Assembly (NCBI GenBank): GCA_964637135.1
Contig: CAZWTX010000012.1
Coordinates: 1-63,242 of the forward strand
DNA: 63,242 bases
DNA from: an uncultured Methanospirillum sp.
GTDB lineage: Archaea; Halobacteriota; Methanomicrobia; Methanomicrobiales; Methanospirillaceae
Reading direction: 5' to 3'
Below the pieces are notes generated by a model. The model did no database searches. It worked only from the letters and a program-made list of their open reading frames with translations, and was not told the origin of the DNA. A program made the position numbers and the translations under genes. This document shows, one piece after another, positions 48,162 to 58,421 of the stretch; position 1 is the stretch's first letter; the number at the start of each line of letters is the position of its first letter.

Positions 48162-50051
48162 TTATTCTTCCAGGGTCGAGATATCACCGGGATCGATACC
48201 CATCTCTTTTGCTTTCAGGACCCGGCGCATTATCTTGCCGCTGCGGGTTTTGGGCAGTTTATCGACAAACTCAATCGCCGAAGGCATCGCAATCGGGCCA
48301 AGTCCCATTCTTACATGATAAATCAACTCTGATACCAGCTTCTGGCTTGGTTCAAACCCCTGCATCAGGATCACGAATGCCTTTACCGCCTGGCCCTTGA
48401 TATCATCCGGAATGCCGATAACAGCTGCTTCTGCAACTGCTTCGTGCTCCACCAGCGCTGATTCTACCTCTGCGGTCCCGAGATTATGTCCGGATACGAT
48501 GATGATGTCATCAGAACGGCCAAGGATCATGATGTACCCGTCCCCATCTTTTACCGCCAGGTCACCGACCGTGTACCACTGCTTTATCTGACTCCAGTAT
48601 TTCCTGTACCGCTCATCATTCCCATAGACGGCACGCATCATGGATGGCCAGGGTTCTTTCACGACAAGCAGCCCGCCCTGTCCGGGGGGGACCGGGTTTC
48701 CGTCCATGTCCACCACGTCAGCAATGACCCCGGGGATCGGAACACCGGCAAACCCGGGTTTCATCGGTTCGCCAAGGGGTGTCGTGATCATGTGCATCCC
48801 GGTCTCGGTCTGCCACCACGTGTCAAGGATCGGACACCGGTTGCCACCGATAACCCGGTAATACCACTCAAACGCCTCCGGGTTAAGCGGTTCGCCGACC
48901 GAACCGATGATCCGGAGTGAACTGAGGTTATACTTATTCGGCCATTCCTCACCGACCCTCATGAACATCCTGATTGCCGTCGGTGCCGTGTAGAAGATGG
49001 TAACCCCGAGTTCCTCGATGATATCCCACCAGACACCATAATCCGGGTAATCAGGAACGGTCTCTGTGATTACCACCGTTGCCCCGTTCAGGAGCGGTCC
49101 ATAGACGATGTAACTGTGGCCGGTAATCCAGCCAGGATCAGCGGTGCACCAGTGAACATCGCTCTCCTTCATGTCAAAGATATATTTACAGGTATAGTAA
49201 GTGCCCACCATGTAGCCGCCACAGGTATGGACGATTCCTTTCGGTGAACCGGTGGTCCCGCTGGTGTACAGGATAAATAGCGGATCTTCTGAATCCATCT
49301 CTTCAGGCGGACATTCCGAACTGACACCCTCCTGCATCCCGTAGTAATCCACTTCGAGTTCAGAGTATAACTCAAGCGGGCATTTTTCCCTGCAGAGTAC
49401 GATGACCCGTTCAACGCTGGGGGCATTCCGGACGGCATCATCAACGATACTCTTTAATGGAACGGTTTTTCCCCGGCGGCGTCCGACATCAGCAGTAATG
49501 ACAACCTTGGCATTGGCATCCCGTATTCTTGCATTGAGCGCTTCTGATCCGAATCCCGCATAGACTATTGAATGTACCGCACCGATCCGTGCACATGCAA
49601 GGATGGCTACGACATGTTCCGGAACAAAGGGCATATAAAAGCATATCCGGTCACCCTTCTGCACCCCTATCTTCTTCAGGGCATTGGCAAATCGCATCAC
49701 CGCCCGGTACAACTGGCGGTAGGTCATTAAAACCTCACTTCCATCCTCACCACGCCAGATAAGGGCCAGTTTGTTCCGTCTTCCATTCTGAACATGCCAG
49801 TCAAGGCAGTTTGCTGTTATATTCAGGGTTGCCCCGGTAAACCATTGCCCATACGGATGGTTCCATTCACGAACCGCGTTCCAGGGCTTCATCCATTGCA
49901 GTTCCCGGGCCATCTCTTCCCAAAAAGTTTCAGGATTTTCTATAAACCGGGCATATGCCTCATTGTAATCGCCAAGATGAGAACTGGCCTTGTATGAAGG
50001 ATCAGGCAAATACTTTTTTCCGTCGAGTTTTACTTCGAAATCTTCTGCCAT
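48162..50051 (-). CDS. acs: AMP-forming acetyl-CoA synthetase
   Basis: LYTSGTTGSPKG, SVGEPLNPEA, DTWWQTETG, LPKTRSGKIMRR. Confidence 0.97.
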   Translation of the reverse strand: MAEDFEVKLDGKKYLPDPSYKASSHLGDYNEAYARFIENPETFWEEMARELQWMKPWNAVREWNHPYGQWFTGATLNITANCLDWHVQNGRRNKLALIWRGEDGSEVLMTYRQLYRAVMRFANALKKIGVQKGDRICFYMPFVPEHVVAILACARIGAVHSIVYAGFGSEALNARIRDANAKVVITADVGRRRGKTVPLKSIVDDAVRNAPSVERVIVLCREKCPLELYSELEVDYYGMQEGVSSECPPEEMDSEDPLFILYTSGTTGSPKGIVHTCGGYMVGTYYTCKYIFDMKESDVHWCTADPGWITGHSYIVYGPLLNGATVVITETVPDYPDYGVWWDIIEELGVTIFYTAPTAIRMFMRVGEEWPNKYNLSSLRIIGSVGEPLNPEAFEWYYRVIGGNRCPILDTWWQTETGMHMITTPLGEPMKPGFAGVPIPGVIADVVDMDGNPVPPGQGGLLVVKEPWPSMMRAVYGNDERYRKYWSQIKQWYTVGDLAVKDGDGYIMILGRSDDIIIVSGHNLGTAEVESALVEHEAVAEAAVIGIPDDIKGQAVKAFVILMQGFEPSQKLVSELIYHVRMGLGPIAMPSAIEFVDKLPKTRSGKIMRRVLKAKEMGIDPGDISTLEE

Positions 50052-50217
50052 CTTCTGACTCCTACATGATTGATCGTGTAGAATCTCCCCTGTTTACCGG
50101 TGCGGGCACCGTTAATGTGAAAAAAACAGGGATACCAGCAATCCCGGCAGGGATATGCTAAGCATTTACAATCATTGGGGGTGTTGCACTATTAAAAGCA
50201 CACGATTAAACAACCAA

Positions 50218-50231
50218 CTATGTTTGACATT
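50218..50231. promoter_or_regulatory. Palindromic site CTATGT-TTG-ACATT, acs side
   Basis: ATGT-N3-ACAT; inverted near-copy of 50359-50372. Confidence 0.5.
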
Positions 50232-50358
50232 GTCTGACGGCCAGTTATCACCCTAATTCGCCCATATTAGACCTTAAACTTTTGAATTCCATATTATTTG
50301 ACTTATTACCCTTTGTGAGAAACATTTCAGATCTTATAAATAGGAGCGTCTGAGCATT

Positions 50359-50372
50359 AATGTACGACATAG
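50359..50372. promoter_or_regulatory. Palindromic site AATGT-ACG-ACATAG near the predicted TSS of the HTH-PAS gene
   Basis: About 20 nt downstream of TATA TTATAAA (50334-50340). Confidence 0.5.
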
Positions 50373-50399
50373 TGGTGAAACATATCGCGGAGGAAAATC

Positions 50400-51794
50400 A
50401 TGGATCGTGAGACCGAGGAATTACAGCGGATCAAGGATACCCTTTCAGGGGCACCCCACGGGATGTCAATTACCGAGCTTGCCCGTGATCTCGGACTTCA
50501 CCGGACAACCATCGCAAAATACCTTGACAGTCTTCAGATGCGGGGTGAAGTGGATCTTCGGATCATGGGAACATCAAAGATATACCATCCGGTTGTCAGG
50601 ATACCATCATCATCCCTGCCTCTCCTCCATTCAGGCCAGATCCTGTTTTTCTCATCCCGTTTGACGGTTCGAAGGTTCATCGGAGATTTTAAAACACTGC
50701 TCGATGGTGACGATCTTACCGGTAAAGAGATCGGCGATCCTCTGTTCAGGCCAATAATGCAGGATGATATTGCGGTATACTGCAGGAAGGCCATCACTGG
50801 CACTCCCCATGAAACCAGGATTATCATCACGGTCCGGGGACAGAAAAAACACATCCACATTCGGATCGTTCCGGTGGTGTATGAAGACGGACGACCGGGT
50901 TCTGCCCTAATCCTGACCGATGAGACTATTTGCAGGAACGCTATTGAGAAAGCCGGCATATATGCTGATGAAATCTCAGCCATTTCGGCTGAACAGAGCG
51001 AGTTTATTTTCCGTGCACGAACTGATGGTACCCTCACCTGGATGAATGATGCGTTCTGCAGACGACTTGAGCGAAACCGGGAGGATCTTCTGGGATTCCC
51101 ATACGAACCGGTTGTATCCCATGACGACCTCCAGCAGCTTGAAGAGGCAAAAAGCAGGATAACGCCGGATAACCCTTCTGTTATGGTATCATTCAAGGCC
51201 ATTCAGCCGGATGGCATGGTCAGTTTTGAAGAATGGATATACCGGGGAATATTCACTGGTTCGGGTGCTCTCGACGGATACATCGGAATTGGGAAGGATA
51301 TCTCAAGGCTGCATCATCTTGAGGAGCAACTTCAGACATACCATGCAAATTTTGAGTCACTCGTGAAACAGAGAACCCGGGAAATGCGAAAAGCAAACCA
51401 GGATTTAATGGCCGAGATTGCAAGACGGGAGAAAATTGAACGGGAACTGCTCATCATCCAGTTTGTCTTTCATAATGCATCAGACTCAATTATCCTCTTT
51501 GAACAAAGCGGCCGGGTATGGCGGGCGAATGAAACCGCAGATCACCTTCTCGGGTATACCACCGATGAGATCAGAGACCTGACGGTTTATGACGTCAATC
51601 CTGAGATTAACCAGAAAATCTGGGATGAAATGTGGCAGGAAGAGAACAGGGCAAAGGAATCCACCAGGGCTACATCAGTTCACCGACGTAAGGATGGAAC
51701 AATCATACCGGTTGAATTGTCACGAAAATTTATCAGTGCGGGAAATATCACCCTTTTTTGTTCGATTGCACGGCAGATCATGGACCCGAAATGA
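50400..51794 (+). CDS. Winged-HTH + multi-PAS one-component regulator
   Basis: GMSITELARDLGLHRTTIAKYLDSL HTH; three PAS-like domains and a signalling helix (LVKQRTREM). Confidence 0.85.
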   Translation: MDRETEELQRIKDTLSGAPHGMSITELARDLGLHRTTIAKYLDSLQMRGEVDLRIMGTSKIYHPVVRIPSSSLPLLHSGQILFFSSRLTVRRFIGDFKTLLDGDDLTGKEIGDPLFRPIMQDDIAVYCRKAITGTPHETRIIITVRGQKKHIHIRIVPVVYEDGRPGSALILTDETICRNAIEKAGIYADEISAISAEQSEFIFRARTDGTLTWMNDAFCRRLERNREDLLGFPYEPVVSHDDLQQLEEAKSRITPDNPSVMVSFKAIQPDGMVSFEEWIYRGIFTGSGALDGYIGIGKDISRLHHLEEQLQTYHANFESLVKQRTREMRKANQDLMAEIARREKIERELLIIQFVFHNASDSIILFEQSGRVWRANETADHLLGYTTDEIRDLTVYDVNPEINQKIWDEMWQEENRAKESTRATSVHRRKDGTIIPVELSRKFISAGNITLFCSIARQIMDPK

Positions 51795-51869
51795 CGTACA
51801 TTCTCATGAATCCCTGATCCATACGGTTATCCGATCTGACATACCAGATCATCAATATCCGGGAGAGCA

Positions 51870-54161
51870 ATGACCCGCATCCTGATTGTTGACGATGAAC
51901 CTAATCTCCTTGACGTTGAAGCCCAAATCCTGAGTAAGAAGTACGGATTTGAGATTGAAACGGCAAGTTCAGGGATGGAAGCCCTGGAAAAATACCGGTC
52001 ATCCGGCTTTGATGCAATAATATCAGATGTATCAATGCCTGAAATGGACGGGCTCTCCCTGCTCAAGGAAATCAGAAGGCTCGATCAGAATATTCCTTTT
52101 ATCATTTTCACCATAAAAGGCCGGGAAGAAGTTGCTATTGAAGCATTGAACCAGGGTGCTAACTTTTATGTCCAGAAGGAGGAAACCCCGCATGTTGCGT
52201 TTGCAGAACTCGCACATAAAACCATCAAATCGGTTGATCTCGTCAGGGCAGAACGAAACCTCAGAATTCAGCGTGACCTGGCGATATCATGTGCAAATGC
52301 AAAAAGCATGAGGGAAATCCTTGAGCACTGTGGCATTGCAGTAACGAGTGCCTCAGGTCTTGATGCATCAGCATTCTACCTCATGGATGAAGGAAACCTG
52401 AACCTTTCCTATTCAGACGGGTTCAATACCGGTTATATGGAACCGGCGATACAGGGAGAACTGACCCCGCTTCTTTACTCGGTAATGAAAAATAATGAAG
52501 CGGTTTTCTCTGATGAGGGAAAGATCCGGGCAACCCACCCGTTACTTCACGAAGAGGAGGGAACACTCTCGGACGCAATCATCCCAATCTGTCATCACGG
52601 GCGGGAAGTCGGTCTCGTCCATCTTGCATCACACACCCGTGACCGGGTATTAAGCCAGTCTTACCAGGAGTATGTCACAGATGTGATCGTGCAAATTGCA
52701 GGTCACATTGCGGATAGACAAGCAGAAGAAGCCCTTTATGAAAGTGAACGGAAACTGGATGCATTGATCCGTAATCTCCCGGGAATCGTGTACATCGGGG
52801 CATTTGATCCTGACCGGACAATGGAGTTTGTCAGTAACGGGTGTGAAGTCCTCACCGGGTACCAGGCCGATGAACTGATCCATAACCGGGTCATCTCATA
52901 CGGATTATTGATTCACCCGACGGATGCTCCCAAGATCCATGAGGTGATCAGTCGTGCGGTTTCACGGCATGTTCAATTCAGGGTCCAGTACCGTGTCCTG
53001 ACAAAGGACGGAAAATACCGGTGGGCATCAGAACAGGGAACCGGGGTGTATGATGACGCCGGTAACCCGATCGGGATTGAAGGGTTCATTATCGATATCA
53101 CCAGGCAGAAAATCCTGGATGACCAGGTAAAAACCACCCAGAACCGTTTGAACCTGCTATTTGCACATATGAACGCCGGATGTGCAATTTTCTCGCACAA
53201 TGGATCAGGTACGGAGTACCAACTTGTCGACATGAACAGTGCCGCTGAACAGATAGAGAAGCGAAAAAAAGAGGAACTCATCGGAAAAACGGTATCTGAA
53301 TATTTCAAGGATGAAACAGCGGATCCTATCAGAGATGCATTCTCAAGCATTATTACCGATCATCAGCCACGCAGCCTGAAGCAGATACCCTATGAGACGG
53401 GGCGTGGCAGAATTTGGATCGACCTGTACCTGTTCATCTCTAAAACCCACAAACGGGAAGTCTTCGTGATCTATTCAAATATAACCGACCGGGTGGAAGA
53501 TGAAGAACGCATTATTACTTCCCTTCATGAAAAAGAAACTCTTTTAAAAGAAGTACATCACCGGGTGAAGAACAACCTTCAGATCATCTCCGGTATCCTG
53601 AAACTCCAGTCGTACCGGACCACCGATCAGGATGCACAGAATATCATTCAGGAATGTCGCAACCAGGTTTATTCAATGGCATCCATCCATGAACTGCTGT
53701 ACAACTCAAAGGATATCGGGAAGATCAGGGTTAGTGACTATGTTGAGCAACTGCTCGATCACCTCAAACAGGAATACGGAGCGGCAACTTCCCGGATAAC
53801 CTTTATTCACGACGTTGACCGGAAGATCGTCCTTGATATTGAACGATGTATTCCTTGCGGTCTGATATTGAATGAATTGATAACCAATGCAGTCAAATAT
53901 GCCTTTGAACCTGGTTGTGTGGGTGAGGTCAGGGTCTCTTTCAGGAAGCTGGATCAGATGTTTGAGATGAGGGTCACAGACAACGGAAAGGGCTTCCCAA
54001 AGGATTTCGACGTCTCAAAAACTAAAACCCTTGGTACCGAATTGATCGTGCGACTAACCAGGCAGTTAAAGGGAAAGATCCATCTTGGTCCCGGTCCGGG
54101 AACAGATGTCGTGGTGGTCTTTCCGGACAAACCAGCAGGGGGGATAACAGGCAATGAATAA
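51870..54161 (+). CDS. REC-GAF-PAS-PAS HisKA_2 (HWE-like) histidine kinase
   Basis: ILIVDDEP, SDVSMP; KEVHHRVKNNLQIIS; NELITNAVKYAF; DNGKG. Confidence 0.93.
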   Translation: MTRILIVDDEPNLLDVEAQILSKKYGFEIETASSGMEALEKYRSSGFDAIISDVSMPEMDGLSLLKEIRRLDQNIPFIIFTIKGREEVAIEALNQGANFYVQKEETPHVAFAELAHKTIKSVDLVRAERNLRIQRDLAISCANAKSMREILEHCGIAVTSASGLDASAFYLMDEGNLNLSYSDGFNTGYMEPAIQGELTPLLYSVMKNNEAVFSDEGKIRATHPLLHEEEGTLSDAIIPICHHGREVGLVHLASHTRDRVLSQSYQEYVTDVIVQIAGHIADRQAEEALYESERKLDALIRNLPGIVYIGAFDPDRTMEFVSNGCEVLTGYQADELIHNRVISYGLLIHPTDAPKIHEVISRAVSRHVQFRVQYRVLTKDGKYRWASEQGTGVYDDAGNPIGIEGFIIDITRQKILDDQVKTTQNRLNLLFAHMNAGCAIFSHNGSGTEYQLVDMNSAAEQIEKRKKEELIGKTVSEYFKDETADPIRDAFSSIITDHQPRSLKQIPYETGRGRIWIDLYLFISKTHKREVFVIYSNITDRVEDEERIITSLHEKETLLKEVHHRVKNNLQIISGILKLQSYRTTDQDAQNIIQECRNQVYSMASIHELLYNSKDIGKIRVSDYVEQLLDHLKQEYGAATSRITFIHDVDRKIVLDIERCIPCGLILNELITNAVKYAFEPGCVGEVRVSFRKLDQMFEMRVTDNGKGFPKDFDVSKTKTLGTELIVRLTRQLKGKIHLGPGPGTDVVVVFPDKPAGGITGNE

Positions 54162-55176
54162 ACGAAAAATTCTCATCGTCGAAGATGAAGCTGTCACCTC
54201 GGTGATGCTTGAGAAGACGCTCAAGGATCTCGGATACGAAGTGGTTGGAAGTGCCTTTGACGGTACCGAGGCTATTGATCTTGCAAAAGACAAGAGACCG
54301 GATCTCATCCTGATGGATATCAGGATACAGGGCGACATGGACGGTATTGAAACTGCCAAGCGGATATACCAGCAATATAACATCCCAATCATCTACCTTA
54401 CGGCTCATTCTGATGATGATACCATCAAACGGGCAGTTGAGTCAGGTCCCTTCGGTTACCTGATCAAGCCCTTCAAGGAACGGGAACTCTATAGCAACAT
54501 CGAGATGGTGATCCACAAAAACAAACTCTACCGGACTACGACCACTCAGCGGCCATCAGAGGAGAAGGAAAAACAAGAGGAGCCTTTGGCAAAGCCTGTT
54601 CAGACCACCCCAAAACCGGTCGACATCAGGATGGGCATTCTTGCCGTCCAGGCTCTTCCGCACCCGGTCATTCTCTTTAATGCATCTGGAACGGTGGTTT
54701 ACAATAATCCGGCGATGCGTGGTTTCATCAAGGCAATTGCCGGGCATGAGTCATCACTCGCAACCATCGAGGATCTCCCTGAAATTTTCAGAAAATTATG
54801 GACAAATGGCAGGGAACGGTTTAAAGAGGGAAAACCATTCTCCATCACCGGGCCAATCATGATCAGGGGAGCACAGAAACGATACCGGTTCGACATGATC
54901 CCACTCCTGGAGAAAGGAAATCTCCAGTTTATCACCTCATCCGTTCTCCCGGAGGGGCCAGTAGAAAGTTGTGCCATGCCAAAAGGCAACCTGCTTGATG
55001 AGGTTATCATGGACGTCAAGGAGATTGGATTCCTTGCATCGACACAGGAAACGTACAGGATGCATAAAATCTCCATCCGGGCAGGAGAATCGGTGCGGAT
55101 TCTTGAACAACTCAGGAATATCTCATACCCGGAAGGAGGAAAAGAGAAAAATCAGGGTCAGATGGTAATCGGGTAA
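54154..55176 (+). CDS. Response regulator (REC + PAS-like C-terminal region)
   Basis: ILIVEDE, LILMDI, YLTA, YLIKPF. Confidence 0.9.
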   Translation: MNKRKILIVEDEAVTSVMLEKTLKDLGYEVVGSAFDGTEAIDLAKDKRPDLILMDIRIQGDMDGIETAKRIYQQYNIPIIYLTAHSDDDTIKRAVESGPFGYLIKPFKERELYSNIEMVIHKNKLYRTTTTQRPSEEKEKQEEPLAKPVQTTPKPVDIRMGILAVQALPHPVILFNASGTVVYNNPAMRGFIKAIAGHESSLATIEDLPEIFRKLWTNGRERFKEGKPFSITGPIMIRGAQKRYRFDMIPLLEKGNLQFITSSVLPEGPVESCAMPKGNLLDEVIMDVKEIGFLASTQETYRMHKISIRAGESVRILEQLRNISYPEGGKEKNQGQMVIG

Positions 55177-55736
55177 TCATTCAGGATGATTGCAGGAAGA
55201 CGCATCCTGATATGGAATGAAGAGACCGGATATATCTCCTGAAGTATCACAAGGGAACAGCGATCAAGATTGGCGGAAAAATCCCTGTCGAAATTTACTT
55301 CGGCCTCCTTGTAAAAGGACAATATCTTTTGTGGTGCATCGATGGAATCATCTCCGACGATTCCTTTTCCAAACCGATCACCGATCTCAAACGGCATAGG
55401 GAGTTCTGCCCCGTCAAACCAGAGGAGACATTTATCCACCTCAATTGGTCCTTTCCCAATCGAGATGTAATGAAACTCCACATCGATGAACCTTCCCGGG
55501 TCTGATGAGAGTGTAATCAGATTGTACAGGTAGTCCAGGAAAAGGCGTTTGTTTGAGTGAAGTTCTCCCAGGATTGCCTCCTTTCCAAGTCTACGTGCCA
55601 TATCAGGAAATGATTCTTCATGGTCCAGCATCTGGAGAAACATCTCCTGCTGGCTGATGTGATGCTGGATGACCTGAAGGTTCCGGTACTGCTGATGAAG
55701 ATCCAGACCACCTCCCCTGGCTGATCCATTAACCAT
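55158..55736 (-). CDS. Hypothetical protein
   Basis: About 190-aa ORF with protein-like composition filling the gap; no recognised motif. Confidence 0.6.
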   Translation of the reverse strand: MVNGSARGGGLDLHQQYRNLQVIQHHISQQEMFLQMLDHEESFPDMARRLGKEAILGELHSNKRLFLDYLYNLITLSSDPGRFIDVEFHYISIGKGPIEVDKCLLWFDGAELPMPFEIGDRFGKGIVGDDSIDAPQKILSFYKEAEVNFDRDFSANLDRCSLVILQEIYPVSSFHIRMRLPAIILNDYPITI

Positions 55737-55852
55737 ATTCAACAATTCGGATGGCTGTTGATATATGGGTTCTTACTAATGGTGCTACCATGCCTGAAAC
55801 CGAAACCTGCCTGAACTTAAGATATATAGCAGAATGGAGTTTATTATAAAAA

Positions 55853-56224
55853 TCAGGTGAAATCGACCTCATCGAGGAAGGGAAGCAGGGCTGTTATCAG
55901 GGAATGATCTTTATACCTGCCACAACTGACGATAGTCACCTCGAGTGGTACTGATGCCAGGGCTTCATCAAAAACCGGATTCATCTCCCGTTGAAATGAG
56001 AGAAACGCTGATACCGGAATAAAGGGACGTTCATGCTCGGGAAAAGCGGCATAATCCGTCATATCCTTCTCATAGGTTGAGTTTCTGGCGAGTTCCTCTT
56101 CAAAATACAGGATGATAACTGCATCCCCTTGTTCCTCCATCAGTTCAAGATCCCTGATATCCACTACAATACCCGGAACGAGCGCCTCCGCAGAGGTAAA
56201 CCGGGGCTGATAATTCCTCTTCAT
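55853..56224 (-). CDS. Hypothetical acidic protein
   Basis: ATGA overlap with the acylphosphatase stop codon. Confidence 0.7.
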   Translation of the reverse strand: MKRNYQPRFTSAEALVPGIVVDIRDLELMEEQGDAVIILYFEEELARNSTYEKDMTDYAAFPEHERPFIPVSAFLSFQREMNPVFDEALASVPLEVTIVSCGRYKDHSLITALLPFLDEVDFT

Positions 56225-56703
56225 CCGATACCCTGGGTATGAATTGCTTCGATTACCCGTTCAAGGACTTCCCTGCGTTTTTTCGATTCTTTCCTGATGT
56301 CACGAAGGGTTTGGATCATCTCTTCCTGAAGCCGGATCGTCTGCTGTTGAAGCTTGATCATCTCCTTAAGGTATTCAAGACCCAGCTCGCTCCGGTGAAA
56401 CATCTCTTTCTGAAAGTCACCAAAATGAGCTTCAAATCCATTGAATGCCTTCATACATGCCTGCTCTTCGACATCCAGCGAGGTGACCTCAATCAGGGGT
56501 TCTTCACGGGCGTGGAGAGCCTCCGTAAAAGAAGTCAACTCTTCCTCATCACCCTCGGCAATGATCCTGACCTGCCCTGACGGAAGATTTTCGGCATAAC
56601 CGGAAACACCGTACCTGTTCGCCATCAGCCGGGCATATCCCCGATACCCTACCCGCTGGACACGACCAGATACCAGAATATGTAATCGTTTATGCATATG
56701 CAA
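56221..56703 (-). CDS. acyP: Acylphosphatase with C-terminal coiled-coil extension
   Basis: VSGRVQRVGYR, GYAENLPSGQV. Confidence 0.88.
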   Translation of the reverse strand: MHMHKRLHILVSGRVQRVGYRGYARLMANRYGVSGYAENLPSGQVRIIAEGDEEELTSFTEALHAREEPLIEVTSLDVEEQACMKAFNGFEAHFGDFQKEMFHRSELGLEYLKEMIKLQQQTIRLQEEMIQTLRDIRKESKKRREVLERVIEAIHTQGIG

Positions 56704-56801
56704 CGACGTTCTGCTTAAGGCTGGGACGGACGAGGGAATAGGTCTTTCGAAACCCGGGTACCGGATAAAGGGGGCAGATGCGTCCTGCCGGCATCCCGGA
56801 A

Positions 56802-58421
56802 TCAGGAAATGATGTCAATCTCAACCGCTGCCACCGGCTGATCAAGATCAAACCCATTCAGAACGGCAGGATGAATCTCTCCAAAGACTCCGATCACGGT
56901 TCCATCCACGATAATATCAGCCCGTCTCCCGGCAATGAACGCAGGATCTGATGATTCCCTGAGATCGTATGCAAGATCGAGTTCCCGGAGAACCGCATCC
57001 GCCGTTGCATACGCTTCTGAGAAATCTGCTCCCGGATGGGTGGAAGCAAGGGCAAGGGCACGGAGGGTGAGGGGTGACCCATCGATTACCCGGACAATAT
57101 CACCGGTATGGAAGATCTTCTGGGGGAGTTCCCGCATCTTGTTAAACCTGATCAGGTCCAGAAGCATCGGAAGAATACTGGTTCTGACCAGGGTCTGTTC
57201 CTCGCTGATAGGGTGCAGTACCCTGAGAACAGTTTTCTCTTCAGGCCGCTGCATCTGGCGGTACTGAATGGCATCGCTGGTCAGGGTAAGCGGCATGACC
57301 TCGACATATCCAAGGCCTGTTGCAATCTCGCGTATTATCCTGGCTTTTGTCATCACCGGGTGTTCCTTCCCAAGGGAAAATGTCTGGGGAACAGTGCCGG
57401 AAATCCGGTTATACCCGTATGCAATCGCAACATCCTCGTAGATATCCCAGTCATGCATGATGTCAGCACGGTAACAGGGAACGATGACCTCAATGAGGTC
57501 ATCCCCTGTTGTCTCCGCACCATACCGCATTTTCCTGAGAAGCGCAGCCATCTCCGTGCCATTCAGGTCCAGCCCGATAAGCCGGTTTGCGGCAGAAACT
57601 GATATATCCCTCACGGAAGGCTGTAGATCGGGCATCATCAGGCCATCAACGAGGACCGTCTCGCATCTCCCTCCGGCTGTAATCAATGCCGTGGTGAGCA
57701 CCTTAAGGGCAGTCTGGACCGCCCGGGGGTCAGTCCCCGTTACATCGAGGAGGAGATTCGTAGTCTGCCCGGTGACCCGGGTCAGTTCCCCGTTGATGAT
57801 CGGCGGGAACGAGAGTACCTGTCCCCCTGCATCCTCTATCAGGGGCATTACCGGCTTACCTGAGACAATATGAGCATAATCCCTGCCTTTCGGATGCATC
57901 TCAAGAATGCGGGCAAGCGTCATCTCCTCGGAGAAGTCAAGCGGAACAAAAGAACGGGTGAGGGGTGCTCCATAGTACCGGAACGGAGGAGTTACCCGGT
58001 CGAGATCATGGATCCCGATTGCCACCTTTGCCCGTCCCCTGCCGACCACCCAGTGAAGGGCTTCCTGTATCTCCATGAGGCTGGTGATCATCTCATCATC
58101 AAGCCTGATGTCACGGATAACGGCCGAACCGAGGTACGGACGAATCTCTATCAGGGCTGGATCCACGGAAAAACTTATCCCGGACGGGACAGTGACATAT
58201 CGTTCCTCACCTTCCTCAAGCCCGAGGAATCCACGCATTGCCCTGGCTACCCCCTCGGTCGAGTAGAGATCCACCCGTGACGGGAAGAACTCGACATCCA
58301 CCCCGTCATCGAGAATCCGCTCGACTTCAGAACCGATCATCGGGAGGTTATCCATGATCGTCTGCCGGTCGGTACCTGACAGTCGTTCAAGGTATTTATA
58401 CGGGAGATGAACAACCGGCAT
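56802..58421 (-). CDS. pheT: Phenylalanyl-tRNA synthetase beta subunit (archaeal type)
   Basis: [44 protein letters not shown]. Confidence 0.96.
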   Translation of the reverse strand: MPVVHLPYKYLERLSGTDRQTIMDNLPMIGSEVERILDDGVDVEFFPSRVDLYSTEGVARAMRGFLGLEEGEERYVTVPSGISFSVDPALIEIRPYLGSAVIRDIRLDDEMITSLMEIQEALHWVVGRGRAKVAIGIHDLDRVTPPFRYYGAPLTRSFVPLDFSEEMTLARILEMHPKGRDYAHIVSGKPVMPLIEDAGGQVLSFPPIINGELTRVTGQTTNLLLDVTGTDPRAVQTALKVLTTALITAGGRCETVLVDGLMMPDLQPSVRDISVSAANRLIGLDLNGTEMAALLRKMRYGAETTGDDLIEVIVPCYRADIMHDWDIYEDVAIAYGYNRISGTVPQTFSLGKEHPVMTKARIIREIATGLGYVEVMPLTLTSDAIQYRQMQRPEEKTVLRVLHPISEEQTLVRTSILPMLLDLIRFNKMRELPQKIFHTGDIVRVIDGSPLTLRALALASTHPGADFSEAYATADAVLRELDLAYDLRESSDPAFIAGRRADIIVDGTVIGVFGEIHPAVLNGFDLDQPVAAVEIDIIS

